From Selaginella moellendorffii (lineage: Eukaryota; Plantae; Lycopodiophyta), in NCBI RefSeq assembly GCF_000143415.4, contig NW_003314276.1, positions 181,468 through 245,467 on the forward strand: DNA of 64,000 nucleotides. Reading direction: 5' to 3'. How positions within the stretch are numbered: position 1 is the first letter of the stretch; each line of letters starts with the position of its first letter. Shown in pieces: positions 1-13,500 of this stretch. A model generated the notes under the pieces. The model searched no databases and had not been told where the DNA came from. It saw only the letters and a list, made by a program, of their open reading frames with translations. Position numbers and translations under genes: made by a program.

Positions 1-79
1 ATCGAGAGAAACGACACTTTGAGTGATAGAAATATTTTACTTTATTAATTTGCAAGATTTATTACAAGATTTACAAAAG

Positions 80-3000
80 CTAGGCTTTATTACAATTCTC
101 ATACTCCGTGACAAGCTCACGAGCATGGGTAAGATTACTAAGAGGTTCCCAAGTTGATTCACAAGTCGGGTAACCTTTCCACTTAACTAGATATTCCTTT
201 GCACGACCACCACGTTTCCGGCGACAAGCCAGAATGCTTTCAACTTCGTATTCAGGTTCAACGTCCACAACATCTGGTGGCGGACGAATCTCCCCTTGAC
301 GTGCATCATCCATAGTGTAAGGAGCCAATAGATTGGCATGAAATACATTATGAACATTGGACATCTCCATAGGCAGATCCAACCGATAGGATACATCACC
401 AAGACATTTTAACACCCGATAGGGTCCAACGTATCTCGGCAAGAGCTTCCGAGACAAAGAACCCTTAATATTCAAGTTTCGGGAAGATAGCCACACCTGA
501 TCTCCCACTTGATAAGATACATCCCGACGATGCTGATCCTTATCACGTCGATACCTATCCTGAGCTTTGCCCATCGCCTCGGTAGCTTTAGACCAACCTT
601 GGCGTAGCTGCTCCGCATAAGTTTCCACGGCTGGGACCAACACTTCGGTCATTGGTTTCGGGACAACAATCTGTTGAGGAACCCCACGAGCATTTCCTTG
701 CAACATCTCCCATGGAGAACAGCCTATAGCGCTGTGAAATGTGTTGTTATAACAGATTTCTGCTGTATCCAAATGCTCAATCCAATCGCTTTGGTCCGCC
801 GCGACATAGTACCGCAGATAATCCTCAACTTGAGCATTCATGCGTTCGGTCTGCCCATCGGTTTGAGGATGATAAGCTGTACTAAACTTCAATTTGGTAC
901 CAAACAACTGGAATAGGGTTCCCCAAAATTTCCCCGTAAACCTCGAATCTCTATCTGAGATCATTTCTTCAGGAAGACCACGAACTCGCACTACTTCATG
1001 GAAAAAGAGCTTTGCTGCTTGTTTCGCATTTACTGTTCCCACAGTTGGAACGAAGTGTGCAATCTTTGACAACCGATCCACAACCACCATCAAAGTATCA
1101 TAACCCTTAGACTTCGGCAAGCAAGTGACGAAATCAAGTGTCACACTTTGAAATGGCCATGCCGGTGCTGGAATGCACTGCAACTTTCCAGCCTGTTTTT
1201 CAGTTCTGCGCTTACATTGCTGGCATATAGGGCAGGAACGGACATAATCCGCTACATCACCGTCCATACCAGACCAGAAAAATCCCTTTTTCAATGAAGC
1301 TAGAGTCTTTCGCTGTCCACCATGTCCCGCTGCTAGAACATCATGATGTTCCCGCAGAAATAACTGCTGAAGATCCTTAGAGGGAAGATACAATCTCTCT
1401 TGCTTATAGAATATAAGCCCATCCCGAACTGAGAAGTGAAGCTTCGCGTTGGTTTGACTAGCAACTTTCGCCGCTTCGCTACCAGGTTTCTACTTTGACA
1501 ACTCCGTACGGTGTAAGATTGCCTTCGCCAATGGATCACTCCCATATGAAGCTCGAACATCCTCTAACCAGTCCGAACTGATGGCTGATATTGCTCGGAA
1601 CTGAGCCTGTCGACTCAATGCATCCGGAACAATATTGTCTTTACCAGGTTTATATATGATTTCGATATCATATCTAGCAAGCTTCTCTTGCCAACGAACC
1701 TGCTTTGCCGTAAGCTTAGGCTGTGTAGCAAAGTAGCTTAGTGTGTTACTATCTGTATAAACTTTGTTGTGTCCACCCAAGTAGTGTCTCCAGTGTTCCA
1801 GGGCCGACACTATAGCAAACATCTCTTTCTCGTGCGTTGGCCATCTTCATTGGGTCTCATCCAATTTCTTGGAATAGAATGCAACGGGACAACCATGTCT
1901 TTTTAGCGTAACACCAACTGCTTTGTCACAATCTTGCTGTAACACGGCACCAATAGCATAACCAGATGCATCACAATGCACTTCGAAGGGTTTATCAAGA
2001 TCTAGGATCCTGAGAACAGGAACCGTAGTCAAGATCTCCTTCAATCGTACAAAAGCACGCTGACAAGCTGGTGTCCAATGAAACGGAATATTGCTCTTCG
2101 TCAACTCAGTCAACGGAAGAGCAATACTTGCAAAATTGCGGACAAACTTGCGATAGTATCCCGCCAAACCGAGAAAGGAACGAACATCTGATACAGTGGT
2201 CGGGACTTCCCAGGACTTCACCGCTTCCACCTTCTTTGGATCGACCTCAATCACGCCACCACCAACTATATGTCCGAGAAAGTTTACGCGCAATTGACCA
2301 AAAGCGCATTTACTTTCCTTAGCATACAGTTTGTGTTTGCGCAACTTCTGAAACACCAGCTCCAAGTGTTTCAAATGATCCTCCAACGTTTCACTAAAGA
2401 CTAGAACATCGTCGATATACAGGACAACAAATGCATCCAAATAATCTCCAAATATTCTATCCATCATAGTGCTGAACGTTGCCGGAGCATTGCATAACCC
2501 GAACGGCATGACAAGGAACTCATAAGATCCGTACTAAGTCTTAAAGGCTGTCTTCTCCACATCCTGATCTGCCACCCGTATCTGATGATATCCGGACCGC
2601 AAATCAAGTCGCGTAAAATACTTAGCCTTTAAGAGTTGGTCAAACAAGTCATCAATGCGAGGCAAAGGATAACTGTTTTTAACCGTGATCTTATTGAGTG
2701 CCCGATAGTCAATACACATCCTCATGGTTCCATCCTTTTTCATAACGAAGAGGACCGGCGCTCCATAAAGTGACTTGCTTGGTCGGATATGACCTTTGTC
2801 AAGAAGCTCCGTGAGTTGCTTCTTGAGTTCAGCCATCTCCTTGATGTTCAACCAATATGGAGCTTTCGTAGGTGGTTTAGAACCCGGAATAATCTCAATC
2901 CGATGATCAACCTCACGGCTAGGAGGTAGCCCTGGTGGCAAATCCTTCGGAAAGATATCCTGATTCCTCGCCAACAACTCCAATATCCTTTTTGGTACAG

Positions 3001-4813
3001 GATCAACCCCATCGCCGATTCATACTGAGTCACCAACACCCTCAGCTTCCATCACTTGAACCCAAAAGGTCTGACATCCCCTCTTAGCTACTTTTTGAAC
3101 GGCCCTCGCAGTCAGGAACTTTGCATCCCAATCTTTTGAGGAACGCTTTTGCAACTGAAAGGATACATCAGGATGTCCTTCTGACTTCAACGTGATACGA
3201 CTTTGTCCAGCACCATAAATCCCTTTTATATACTTGTTGAAGAAATCCATACCAAACACCATCTAAAAATCTGGTATCTTCAACACTACCAAGTCCACTC
3301 TTTCTTTCCACTTGGATATCTTTATTGGAACATCACTCACAAACTTTCTGGCTACTTGCCCACCTTCCGCAAACCGGAAGTGCATAGGCGACATTTGCTC
3401 AGCATTCAATCCTAACAACTTAACTAAGTCTTCGAATATCACGCTGTGTGTAGCTCCCGTGTCAATCATCACTCGGATTCGGTGTCCAAGGACAAAGCCT
3501 ACCAGATACATTAACGGATCAGTGTTTGCATTGACTGCAAGAAAATCTTGAGGAAAGCAACGAAAGTTACTCACCTCTTCTTCCTCATAGTCTGCATTGA
3601 CCAACTCGTCAACCCCTTCGGCTTCACCACCACCGTCTTCCCGCATGACATTAACCCGAGACCTTGTCTTATGCTTGTTGGGACATTCCGAGGACCTATG
3701 TCCTGACTCTCCACAATAGAAGCAATGACCCACACTACCCGTTCCACTAGGAGCAGGTTTTGTAGGTTGCTGCTGCTTGTACCCACCAGGAGGAGGAACA
3801 GAGGGCCTAGGACCAGAAGAAGCTGCTGGTGGTCTCCAACCACCACCACCTTTATTCACCGTAGCTTGTGAGCCCCCAGGGCGGTACCTACTTTCCACCC
3901 TTTGTTTCCAATCACCTTGCTTATTCCCAGAATTTTTATTCTTGTCCGAGTTACCAGCATACGATTGCTGATATTGTTCTATGAGCGAGTGACTAAAGGC
4001 AACTTGCTGCGCTGCCTCTTTACACTCCAGGTACGTCTTCGGCTTAAACTTCAAAATCTCATTTCGAGAAAGTGAACTTAAACCCTCCAGGAAATAACTC
4101 CGAGCATCTTCGTCACTCATATTTGCAATCATAATGCGCTTCTGAGCAAACGCATTAACGTAATGCATAAGGTCCCCTCGCTGCTTTAACCGCCGCAGCT
4201 CTGCGCGAAGTCTCAGACCAAGATCATCCGGCAAGTATTCCTTACGGATACGAGACCGCATCTTGGTCCAACTTCTAGTCTGCCCTTTTTCAGCACACAC
4301 CTGGCGCCACCAAGTTTTGGCATGATCGGTGAGAAAGGATTGCGCGCACGCAACTTTCGTACGATCATCTACGTCTGCCGCTATGAAGTAGTTCTCCATA
4401 TCGTAGACCCAGTCTTCCAAAACCTGATAGTCCCGCATGCCTCTGAAATTGGGTGGTTTCGAAGGCTTGAACTTTGAAACTCGTGCAACCGGGGGCGGCT
4501 GCAGAACTTCATCGTCCTCAGAACTTGAAGAGGAGTCCGGTTGCTTAGGCTTAGCTGGTTTAGCTGCCTCAGCTTCTTTCTTCCTCTTCTTGTTCTCCTT
4601 CTTCAATTTGCGAATCTCCTTTCGCAAATTCTCGATCTCGACTTCATGAGCTGTGCGCTGCAATGCTGCAGCATTTGGCTCATCCTCTTCTGACTCGGCC
4701 TCAGCCTCTTCCGCAGCATCTCTAGCAGGAGTTTCCTCCTCTCGATTTGCCCGTCTAGAGGTTTCAGCATCATCAGCACGGTTCCTCTTCACCATCCTGC
4801 TAGCTGCATGCAT
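80..4813 (-). pseudogene. gag-pol polyprotein with chromodomain, disrupted
   Basis: Collinear ORF pieces 3263-4846, 3020-3262, 2534-2983, 1847-2509, 1490-1822 and 80-1393, broken by in-frame stops (e.g. 3263, 3020, 2534, 1847, 1490) and a frameshift near 2990. Confidence 0.93.
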
Positions 4814-5250
4814 GCCTCTATCAGTAATTGAACATGCATACAACATTCTTACCGAATGGTGCTATCCAACTAATCCTACACAGGTCGCTTCGGATCTACT
4901 AGAAAAGTCTCTGCGTATGCAACTTGAGTCAGAAAATCCGACAAAAGTTGGATAGGAATCGCTGAGACAATTTCTCTGATACCAAATGTAGCGCACCTAA
5001 ATTTGGAGCCGAACTCCAAGCCCGTTGCGCTACGAAACGAGGGTCCGGTACAATCCCATGAGCACCAGCTCCCCGTATCCAGCACCTGCATGCAAAATGT
5101 TGTTAGACGGAGTCTGGCACAATTTTGGCATACCGGTGGCCTAACGCGAGAAGGAGGGTACTCCACCGACTAGAGCAGCGTGGAGCTTGGGCTTAGACCC
5201 AAGCCGGACGCAGAACAAGGAGCGACACAGCCCAGCGGAAGCCAAACTAA

Positions 5251-5911
5251 TGTCTCAGGTGGTTGGACATGCATTCCAACCACTATCCCTACTATACATT
5301 TGGAACCCCCCACAGCCCCCCCCCCCCCCCCCCCTTGAGGGACACACGCTTTGGGCTTTCACCCCAAGCCTCCCTTAGTACTAGGAGTTAGTCTCTGGGA
5401 CAAGTCCGAAACTTACTAAATATGGAATGGCCTTAGATTGCGAATTTGGACACGGGACGAACACCATTGTGTTCAGGCCAATCTCTACATTCTGTAGATA
5501 TGCCAAATGAGCGAATCTAGACACTTCCCATAAATAGCATATGGGACCGAAATGAGACCAACACTAAGGGCATGATAGCGAGGGTGTTTGGCAGACACGG
5601 TAAGCTATCATCAATCGAATATTGAGGGACTAGTCTCAATATCACGGGGGTTCCCAACACTAGCAAGTGCAAGTCAGCGAATGAGTTTCTCTAACCAGGT
5701 CAAGTATGCTTGACAAATAGCATGTAGGAATTCCGTTCTTATGCTCATCTGGTCAAGTGCACATGCGATGACCAGTTTCTCAACTAGCTTGAGTGGAGAC
5801 TATAAAAGGGACCAGCAGTACCGACCTCCTGCCGTCGTGGCAGTAAGGAAAGAGTGCCCGTAAGGACTGGCCGACAAGTATCTTTCGATACCCGAAGTCA
5901 CATTCGTGACA
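5251..5911 (-). repeat. LTR of chromovirus family A (~660 bp)
   Basis: TGTC...GACA ends; homologous pieces at ~32810-32891 + 46244-46951 (same end GTCACATTCRTGACA) and inverted at ~55790-55944 + 63643-64000. Confidence 0.75.
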
Positions 5912-6029
5912 AATACACATCTTACCTTTCCAGGCATTTGGAAGTTCCTAACATCTTTCCCATTCGCAATTGTCTTGTAGGAGCCCCATCTCTTGTGTGG
6001 TAGAATGATATGTGTCATATTCAATATCA

Positions 6030-6620
6030 TTTAACATTCTCAATCTCTAAAGCTTGTAGCACCTTTTTTGTAGACTAGAAGCATACGTAGGTAGAAACAT
6101 TTGCAATCACATGATGATATGGTGTACATTCTACTGAGAACCTTGAAAGCACATTGACGTGGTGTCCACATCCTATTTTTTGAGTTCCATATATATCATT
6201 CAAGAATCTTATGATACAAGAGTGTCCTTGCAAATTCATCAGTATTTTTTAGCTTGAACCATTCTGTTAATATGGTTTTGTGGCCTCTCTACAATACAAT
6301 CTCTTCCTCACCTTCATTGAAATAAATCCTTTGGTGGTTTTCAAGGTGAATGTCCAATCTCTCAATAGAATGTGACCTGCTATATAAGTCATATCCATAG
6401 ATCCTTCAGATCCCTTTTGATGTAGAGATGTAGCAGCAATTCCTAAATGCCTCTATTTCATCCCAGTCTAGTACTTGTTCAGGTAGTGAGCCTTCTTCCC
6501 TTCTTAGGCGTACCTCTGATACAATCGTGTCCCTTGTAAATGTATTTAAATATGTATTTGAAACTCTCTACTGTGGAGGAAATTTCTACATTTATGTATC
6601 CTACTTGACACCTTCTGTAT
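6030..6620 (-). pseudogene. Helitron Rep-domain fragment, inverted diverged paralogue of ~6880-7420
   Basis: Minus-strand YINVEISSTVESFKYIFKYIYKGHD is the Helitron Rep Y2-region motif; mirrors the plus-strand HINVEVCS..SVKY..GHD. Confidence 0.75.
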
Positions 6621-6689
6621 TCTAGAAACTGGCCTCCAATATTCTGTGTCTCCAAACTAGACCCAAAATTGTATGAATTGGTTAAAAAG

Positions 6690-9228
6690 CACATGATACA
6701 CAGCCCTTGTGGGCCTGAATTTCCAAACAACCCATGCACAAAGGATGGTGAATGTAAGTCACAGAATGTTGGTAGTTAGTTTCCAAAGTATAGAGGTGCC
6801 AAGAAGGATATACCGTCCTAATAAAGAACAAATCCATCACCAATAGGTTTGTCGTGCCTCTTACGTAAATACAAAATACACATAAATGTTGAGGTGTGTT
6901 CCATTGTAAAAAGTGTCAAGTATATATTGATATACATATATATAGGACATGATTGTGCAGAGGTACGCTTTTGAAGTGATGAGAATGCAACTCCTGAACA
7001 AGTACTAGACTGGGATGAAATAAAGTCTTTCAGAAACTGCTGCTATGTCTCCACATCAGAAGGAATATGAAGGATTTATGGATATGACTTGCATGGGAGA
7101 TCACATTCTATCGGGAGACTGGATATCCATCTGGAAGAGATTGCATATCAATGAGGGTGAGGAAGAGATTGCATTACAAATTGGCTGTAAAACCAAACTG
7201 ACGGAATGGTTTGAACTAAACAAGACCAATGAATTTGCAAGGATACTCTTGTACCATGAGATTCCTGAGTGGTATACATGGAATTCAAGAAACAGAATGT
7301 GGACACCATGCCAACGTGCATTCAAGGTGGTCGATAGAATGTACTGTATCACCGTGTGACTTTGAATGTTTCACTCTTGCTCTACAAAAAAGGTGCTATG
7401 AATTTTAGAGATTTAAATATTAAATGGTGTTGCATATGACACATACCGTTCTACCACACAAGAAATGGGACTTCTATAGGATGATTGTGAGTGGGAGAAA
7501 TCCTTCAAAGAGTCATTGACATTTAAGATGCCTGCAAAAGTAAGGTATTTATTCAGTGTCATTGTGTTTGTTTTGCGAGCTCATTGATCCTCAAAAACTA
7601 TGGGATAAAATTCATGAAGACTTGGTATGAATTCACAACAACTATGAAGTAGCAGTGCAACATGGATTGCCTGAAATATCGATATTACTCCAGGAACATG
7701 GCCAGAAACTTTTTGACTACGAGTTACCAGATCTAGATTTTATAGTAGATAACAAAACAACTGAAACAAGCTGTGTGCCATGCACGCCAAAACCAAACTG
7801 AACATGGAATAGCTTCACATATTTAACATCTTGAACGCAATACAAAACAAAAAAGAAACAAACAGATTATTCTTTGTTGATGGTGTCAGAGGCACAAGGA
7901 AATGATACCTTTTTAACATGCTGATAAAATATGCCACTTCTTATGACATGAAAGTCTTTTTAACATGCTGATAAAATATGCCACTTCTTATGACATGAAA
8001 GTCTTTTTAACATGCTGATAAAATATGCCACTTCTTATGACATGAAAGTCTTAGTGGTCACTTGGACAGGAATAGCAAGGGCTCTTCTTATAGCAGGCCA
8101 AATGGCTCATTCAACATTTAAGCTACCAGTACCTATCACAGAAACATGCACCTCGGACCTGCAAGAGAAGCCAAGATCATAAGGAGAGATGAACTGCTTA
8201 TATGGGATGAGATAAGAATGGTACCCATTCATGCTTTTAAAGCTGTCAAGAGGGTCTTGCATGACATAAAAAACTGTGATACAGATTTTGGTGGCATCAC
8301 ATTAATAATAGGAGGAGATTTCAGATTGACATTACCTGTTCTAAAAAGAGCCTGTTGCACACAAATTGTCCAAACCAGCATGAAATCCTCACCAATATGG
8401 TGGAAACTTGTAAAGTTCTCATTACACACAAACATGAGGGTGAACTCTAAAGAAACAGAATGGTCCAGATGGCTTGTGAGTAACCTACCTAGTCTCCAAG
8501 GATTCAACAAGGAAGTTATAAAATTACCTCTAACATTCACCACCAGAAAACAAATGATAGATAATATGTTTGTAAAGCACATACAAACAAATGACCCAAA
8601 GCTATTGCAAAAAGTTATTCTCAAGACTTTAAATGATCTCTCTCTACAAGTGAATGACCAAGTCCTTTCAAGAATGACTGGCAGAACAATAACATACAAA
8701 AGCATTGACATTATAGAAATAGATTTGGACAAAGAGGTGTTGGACCATCCTGTAGAATTCTTAAACTCAATAACACCATCTAGAATGCCTCTGCACAAGC
8801 TACACATAAAAATTGGATGCATTGTAATGTTATGCAACATTGACACTAAAAAAGGCCTCTATAATAGCACTAAACTAGGCACTACTAAATGTTATAGAAG
8901 CTGAAATTCTACATAATGGTATGCAAGGAAAAAACACGTCCTTCTACCAAGAATCTCTTTAAAATTGACTGATGGAGACATGCCATTTACCCTCAAATGA
9001 TGACAATTCCCAATAAGGCTTATGTTCATAACAATTTGCAAATCTCAAGAACAAACATTACAAAATGTGGGTATCTACTTGCCAAGACCAGTTTTTGGCC
9101 ACGGTCAACTTTATGTTGTGTTTTCAAGAGGAATATCAAAGAAACAATTTACAATGTCCATTGAACAATGCGAGGGATAAGGTGTGCTCCAGAACCATAA
9201 TGTCTATGTGTACAAAGAAATTCTCTAG
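6690..9228 (+). mobile_element. Degenerate Helitron RepHel (Rep + PIF1 helicase) remnant
   Basis: HINVEVC/KYIYKGHD Rep motif, TKLTEWFELN, PIF1 motifs (FVDG..GTGK-like, [38 protein letters not shown]); many stops and frameshifts. Confidence 0.88.
7910..8050 (+). repeat. Perfect 47-bp tandem repeat x3
   Basis: TTTTTAACATGCTGATAAAATATGCCACTTCTTATGACATGAAAGTC at 7910, 7957 and 8004. Confidence 0.95.
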
Positions 9229-10597
9229 GATTCATGTCACCAATATAACAAATTTCCTATCTATTTCAGTGGAGCTGGATTCCTTGCTAGTGAAGTTATG
9301 AAATAAGTCTTATACAAACATGTGCCACCTATGCCACCTAGCAAATTCTAAATTTAAAAGCATGGAAAGAAGAGCAGTGAAGCTCATATGTACAACCTTG
9401 TTTCTGGAAGTGTTCTGGAAAAGTGCTTTCTTAAAAAAAAACACTTTCAACTTCAACACAGTCACTAGCTCTGGTCCAAATGCTGCTGCAAAACTAAAGC
9501 TTTTAATGAAAGAAAACGTCTCCTTTGCTGAAACATAAATGTATTCCCCATGTCCACAAAGGGACTCAAAGACTACAAAGCGAGACTCAAGGGAAACTCT
9601 CTCAAGCACAGAAGGCCTGGCACTACTCACGATCCCTCTGCCTCCCAACTGACTCCTTTGAGCTCCTTTGCTTTGGTCATCTGTACAAGCCTAGGAGAAA
9701 TTTACAAATAACCTTCTTGGCCAGATATTAAATTGTTTAGAAAGACTAGTTAAAGCTAGCAAGCTCGCAAAAAAAAAAAAAATGCTCCTCCCAAAGAAAT
9801 TAAGCTGCAATTCTAAAACCACATGAATTCTGGTCACGTTTCCCTACAAGTGCTTGGCAGATTTATGCTCTTGGTGCCATGGGAATCTTGACGAGATCAG
9901 AAAGATTGTGCTAAAAATTTGTGAATCTTGGACATAAAGTGACGGTAGCCTACAGACCTACATTGCTTAATCTGGACCGCCTCCTTTCTTTGTTTGCAGC
10001 TTAAGAAACATGATCTTAGTTGCATAAAGCTCGTGGATCAAACTGGAAGTATATATTCGATTTCAAAAAGAATTCACCCGTAAGGTTTCCATCGCAAGCA
10101 TCAGCACAGCAAGCAAAAGGGATTTTTGTTTTCTTCCTCCTCCATGGATAAGTTAGGTGCTGTTCGGAAAAGTGTAGAACAGGGACATATAGAAGTTTAG
10201 CAATTGGCAAGCCAAAGTACATGAAAAGAAAAACAGGCAGCTAGTCTCTTCTTCCCACACTCTTTTCAAAAGATTTTGGCTGCAAATTGTCAACGTATCG
10301 TGCCACGTCAGTGGAGGGGCCGGTTTTGTAGGAGGTATACCCAGTGGGCGAAGCGCTCTGTCCAGGATTTTCTTCCTTCGTTCCTTCGATCGAGGGTTTA
10401 ACACGAGGGATGATCCTCGCATGCGCTCATCATAAATGCAGCGGAGTCACAATCTCCAGCCGCCATCACAGAAATATGATCTTTTGCTGTAGGTCTCCCG
10501 GATCTGGACGAAGATGAGCTCGAGCTCAATTCGTCCTGCGGGCACAGCTTCTTCCAGCTGGAATTCTCACAGGAAGATTTGGCGTTGAGTGGGCCAG

Positions 10598-13500
10598 ATG
10601 GCGGATTTTCCAAGGCTCGCAGAGTTTCCAGCCATCGGGGACATGGTTGGCCATACGAGGGATATGCTCTCGATCGAGCATGTCACCGTGGTCGGGAACT
10701 TGCACTGGGAGAAGATGCAATCGCTTCTACAGGTCCTCTGCACTCAAATACAAGCTCAAACACAGGAGCTTAACAAACAGGTACTTTCTCTCCTTTTCCT
10801 CGTGCTCGCAAATAACTTTTTGGAAAGAAGTTTTATGTATGCTACAGGCACTGCAATTGAGTAAAGTTGAGCATCACGAAAAACATCTAGCTGATCTCCA
10901 GGCTGAGCTTGATGACTGGTAGTTCATTTTGTTATTTTATCGCTGGTTGTTTACCTTATTTCTTTCTTTCACAGCAAAAGGGTCATGAAAGGCTATGAGG
11001 AAGACAGAGCGAATGATGCGGAGAAGCAAAATTTTATGATGGATGCGTTGAAGCTTTTTGACGACCAAGAAAACCGGACGAAAAATCTCGAAACTCAGTT
11101 AGCGACTTTACAAGACGAGTAAAAGTTTTGTGTTTATCGTTTTGATCTTTCAACTTTGAATGTAGGCTGGCTGCCAGCATTCTTGCTATGAGAGACTTGA
11201 CTACACGGGTCTCACTGATTGAGCAGGAGCTGGCACCGCTGAAGCCGCTACCACAACGGATGGATGCTTTGGAAGGAAACATGAAAAAGCTGAATGCGGC
11301 AACAGCCAATTTACAACAGTCCTTTCGTGCAGTGGATTTTGGTCGGATTGCAAAGCTCTCTTCCATGATGGGTAAGCAAGGATCTCCTGTGCAAGATGTC
11401 TCACCAGAACCAAAAGTCGAACTTATTCAACCTGACTTTGAGAGTGCACAACTGGATGAACTGGGAAACGATCTCGATTCCCTAAATTCCATGTTTTCGA
11501 AGCAGAACAAGCACCTCAATAATCTCGAAACACAAGTACTTCGATCTACCTAGACGAAATTCCGTACTTAATCTCGTCATGTTTTTCCAGATTGAGCAAC
11601 TGATGCTTTTGATTCAGCAACTAACCAAGGTGCATACTGCGGATTTTGAGACCCTTCGGAAGTCATACGCGGTAAATACATCTGGAATGTATATTACTAT
11701 AAGCTGAATGTTGTGTTTCAGGGTTTGCGTCAAGAGATAGACTCAAAGCCCTTGCTGGCTCCTCATGTTCCAGTGGTTGCACCTGCTGACATTGATGCTT
11801 GTTCGAGGCTAGAAGCCATTTTGGCAGAGTTCCAAAACCGTTTGTCTCGAAAAGCTGAGGAGGACGCTGTCAGTCATGTTGCAAACGACGTGCAACGGAT
11901 GAAAGACGTGAGTATTTTGTCATCTGGTTCAAGGTGTTGACCTTGTGTAGCCTTTCAGTTACTGGAACAAATGGGAATCACTATGAATGCTTTCAGAAGG
12001 AGAGCCTCGTCGCTGGCAATTGGAGTATGTACATCAGAAAAATGAGCTCGGTCTTTTATGATTGAATATATGCAGGGTCCAATGCTGGACAGCATGGAAA
12101 TTCGGTTAAAAAAGGCAGAGGAAAACTTGGTGACAATGGTATGGCGCTTTTGGAAGCTTTTTATCTACCCCTTTTTCTTGTTTTCCAGGATAGTAACAAA
12201 GCTGATCGTTCACGGTTGGACGCAATTGAGCTAAAGTTTAGCCTGTTAGGCCCTGGAGATCCAAAGGCAGTAACTAATGCTGCTGGCATACAGAGTCTTA
12301 CGGTAATGAGTTTCGTGTATCAATCCACTCAAACGTTGCTACAATCAGGACATACTGATGAAAAAGGCCGACCGAAGTGACCTAGTTGATGTGCGGAAGA
12401 TGCTCCAAGCTCAGGTACTCCTTATGCGTTCACCGCTTATGAAACTCTAATGCATTTCGACTCCAGGCTTCTCGGACTCCAGACGATGACATCAGACGAT
12501 TATTTGAAGCTATTGACGAGATCAAGGGTCTAATGGTAATCCTTGCAGCGCTTTGATTGTTCTAACTGTTGTGGTTAACAGGTGGATCGTACGGCATTGT
12601 TATTGCCAAGTACACCCTTTGTGCCCGACACGAGCAGTGTACTCAATGATCATGCAGCGATGCTTTCAAAGCATAATGATCTACTTTCACATTTTGAGGT
12701 GAAAATCTAGTAGTGCTATGAAATAGGACCAACATTGAGTGCTTTTACAGGAACGACTAGAAAAGAAAGCTGACCAAGCTTCTTTCTTGTTTCTAAAAGA
12801 CTTAATGGACAGTTTGAAGCAACATAGGAAGACTAGAGCGGCCTCTTTTTCTTCCAATCAGTCTCTTAAACAGGTTTGTGAGCTCCATTTTGTTTTGATG
12901 CACTTCATCTTGTTAGTTTCAGTTTGCTGATGAAACGTCAATACTTCATCAAATGCTTACTGAAGTTACTACCACGTTGAACGATCACGAGCGAGTTTTG
13001 CAACAGGTACTATATTTCTCATGTATATGTTGTTGGCATATTTTTATACAGCTTACGCAAGGAGTGCTCATCATGTCTGGGCATGATGACGATGAAGAAA
13101 TTCACATGGGGATAGTGAGTACTTTCCAGCCTCAACTAGAAGAGGATGAGGCATCAGAATTAAGTAGGCCTTCGACAAGGTCTGAATCAGCTGTGACCAG
13201 AGTTGAGCCCGTACATGACCCTACCGCAACCAGTACCTTTAATCACGAGCCACAGCAGACTATGGCTACGAACTTGGCTGTTCAGTCCGCAATGCAGGTT
13301 GCTGAAATGCGATATAGAGTTCCAGTAGAGATTGTGGAAACAAGACCTGCTAGGGCACCAGACCGAAGAGATTTGCAACGTGAAAAAAGTCCGAGACCAG
13401 CAGTAAACCATGCACCGACAGCTCGAGGCTTTAGCCAGCCACAAGCTCTGGAATCTGTTAGCAGTGAGCCTGAGCCAGGAGCAACAGGATCACGAGTTTT

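Larger units (their letters stand above)
1..5911 (-). mobile_element. Ty3/Gypsy chromovirus LTR retrotransposon (family A, copy 1); 3' LTR lies outside the window
   Basis: Minus-strand Gag (CFYCGESGHRSSEC knuckle), protease (IDTGA), RT (YIDD), RNase H, integrase (HH-CC, GPY) and C-terminal chromodomain (EYEVESIL..EYLVKWKGYPTCESTWEP) in Gypsy order; 5' LTR at 5251-5911. Confidence 0.95.

Noticed and set aside
5225-5250. tRNA PBS for chromovirus family A (TGGCTTCCGCTGGG)
   Set aside because: I could not assign it to a specific tRNA without a search
9268-9292. Helitron 3' hairpin + CTAG terminus
   Set aside because: The hairpin is too weak to call with confidence
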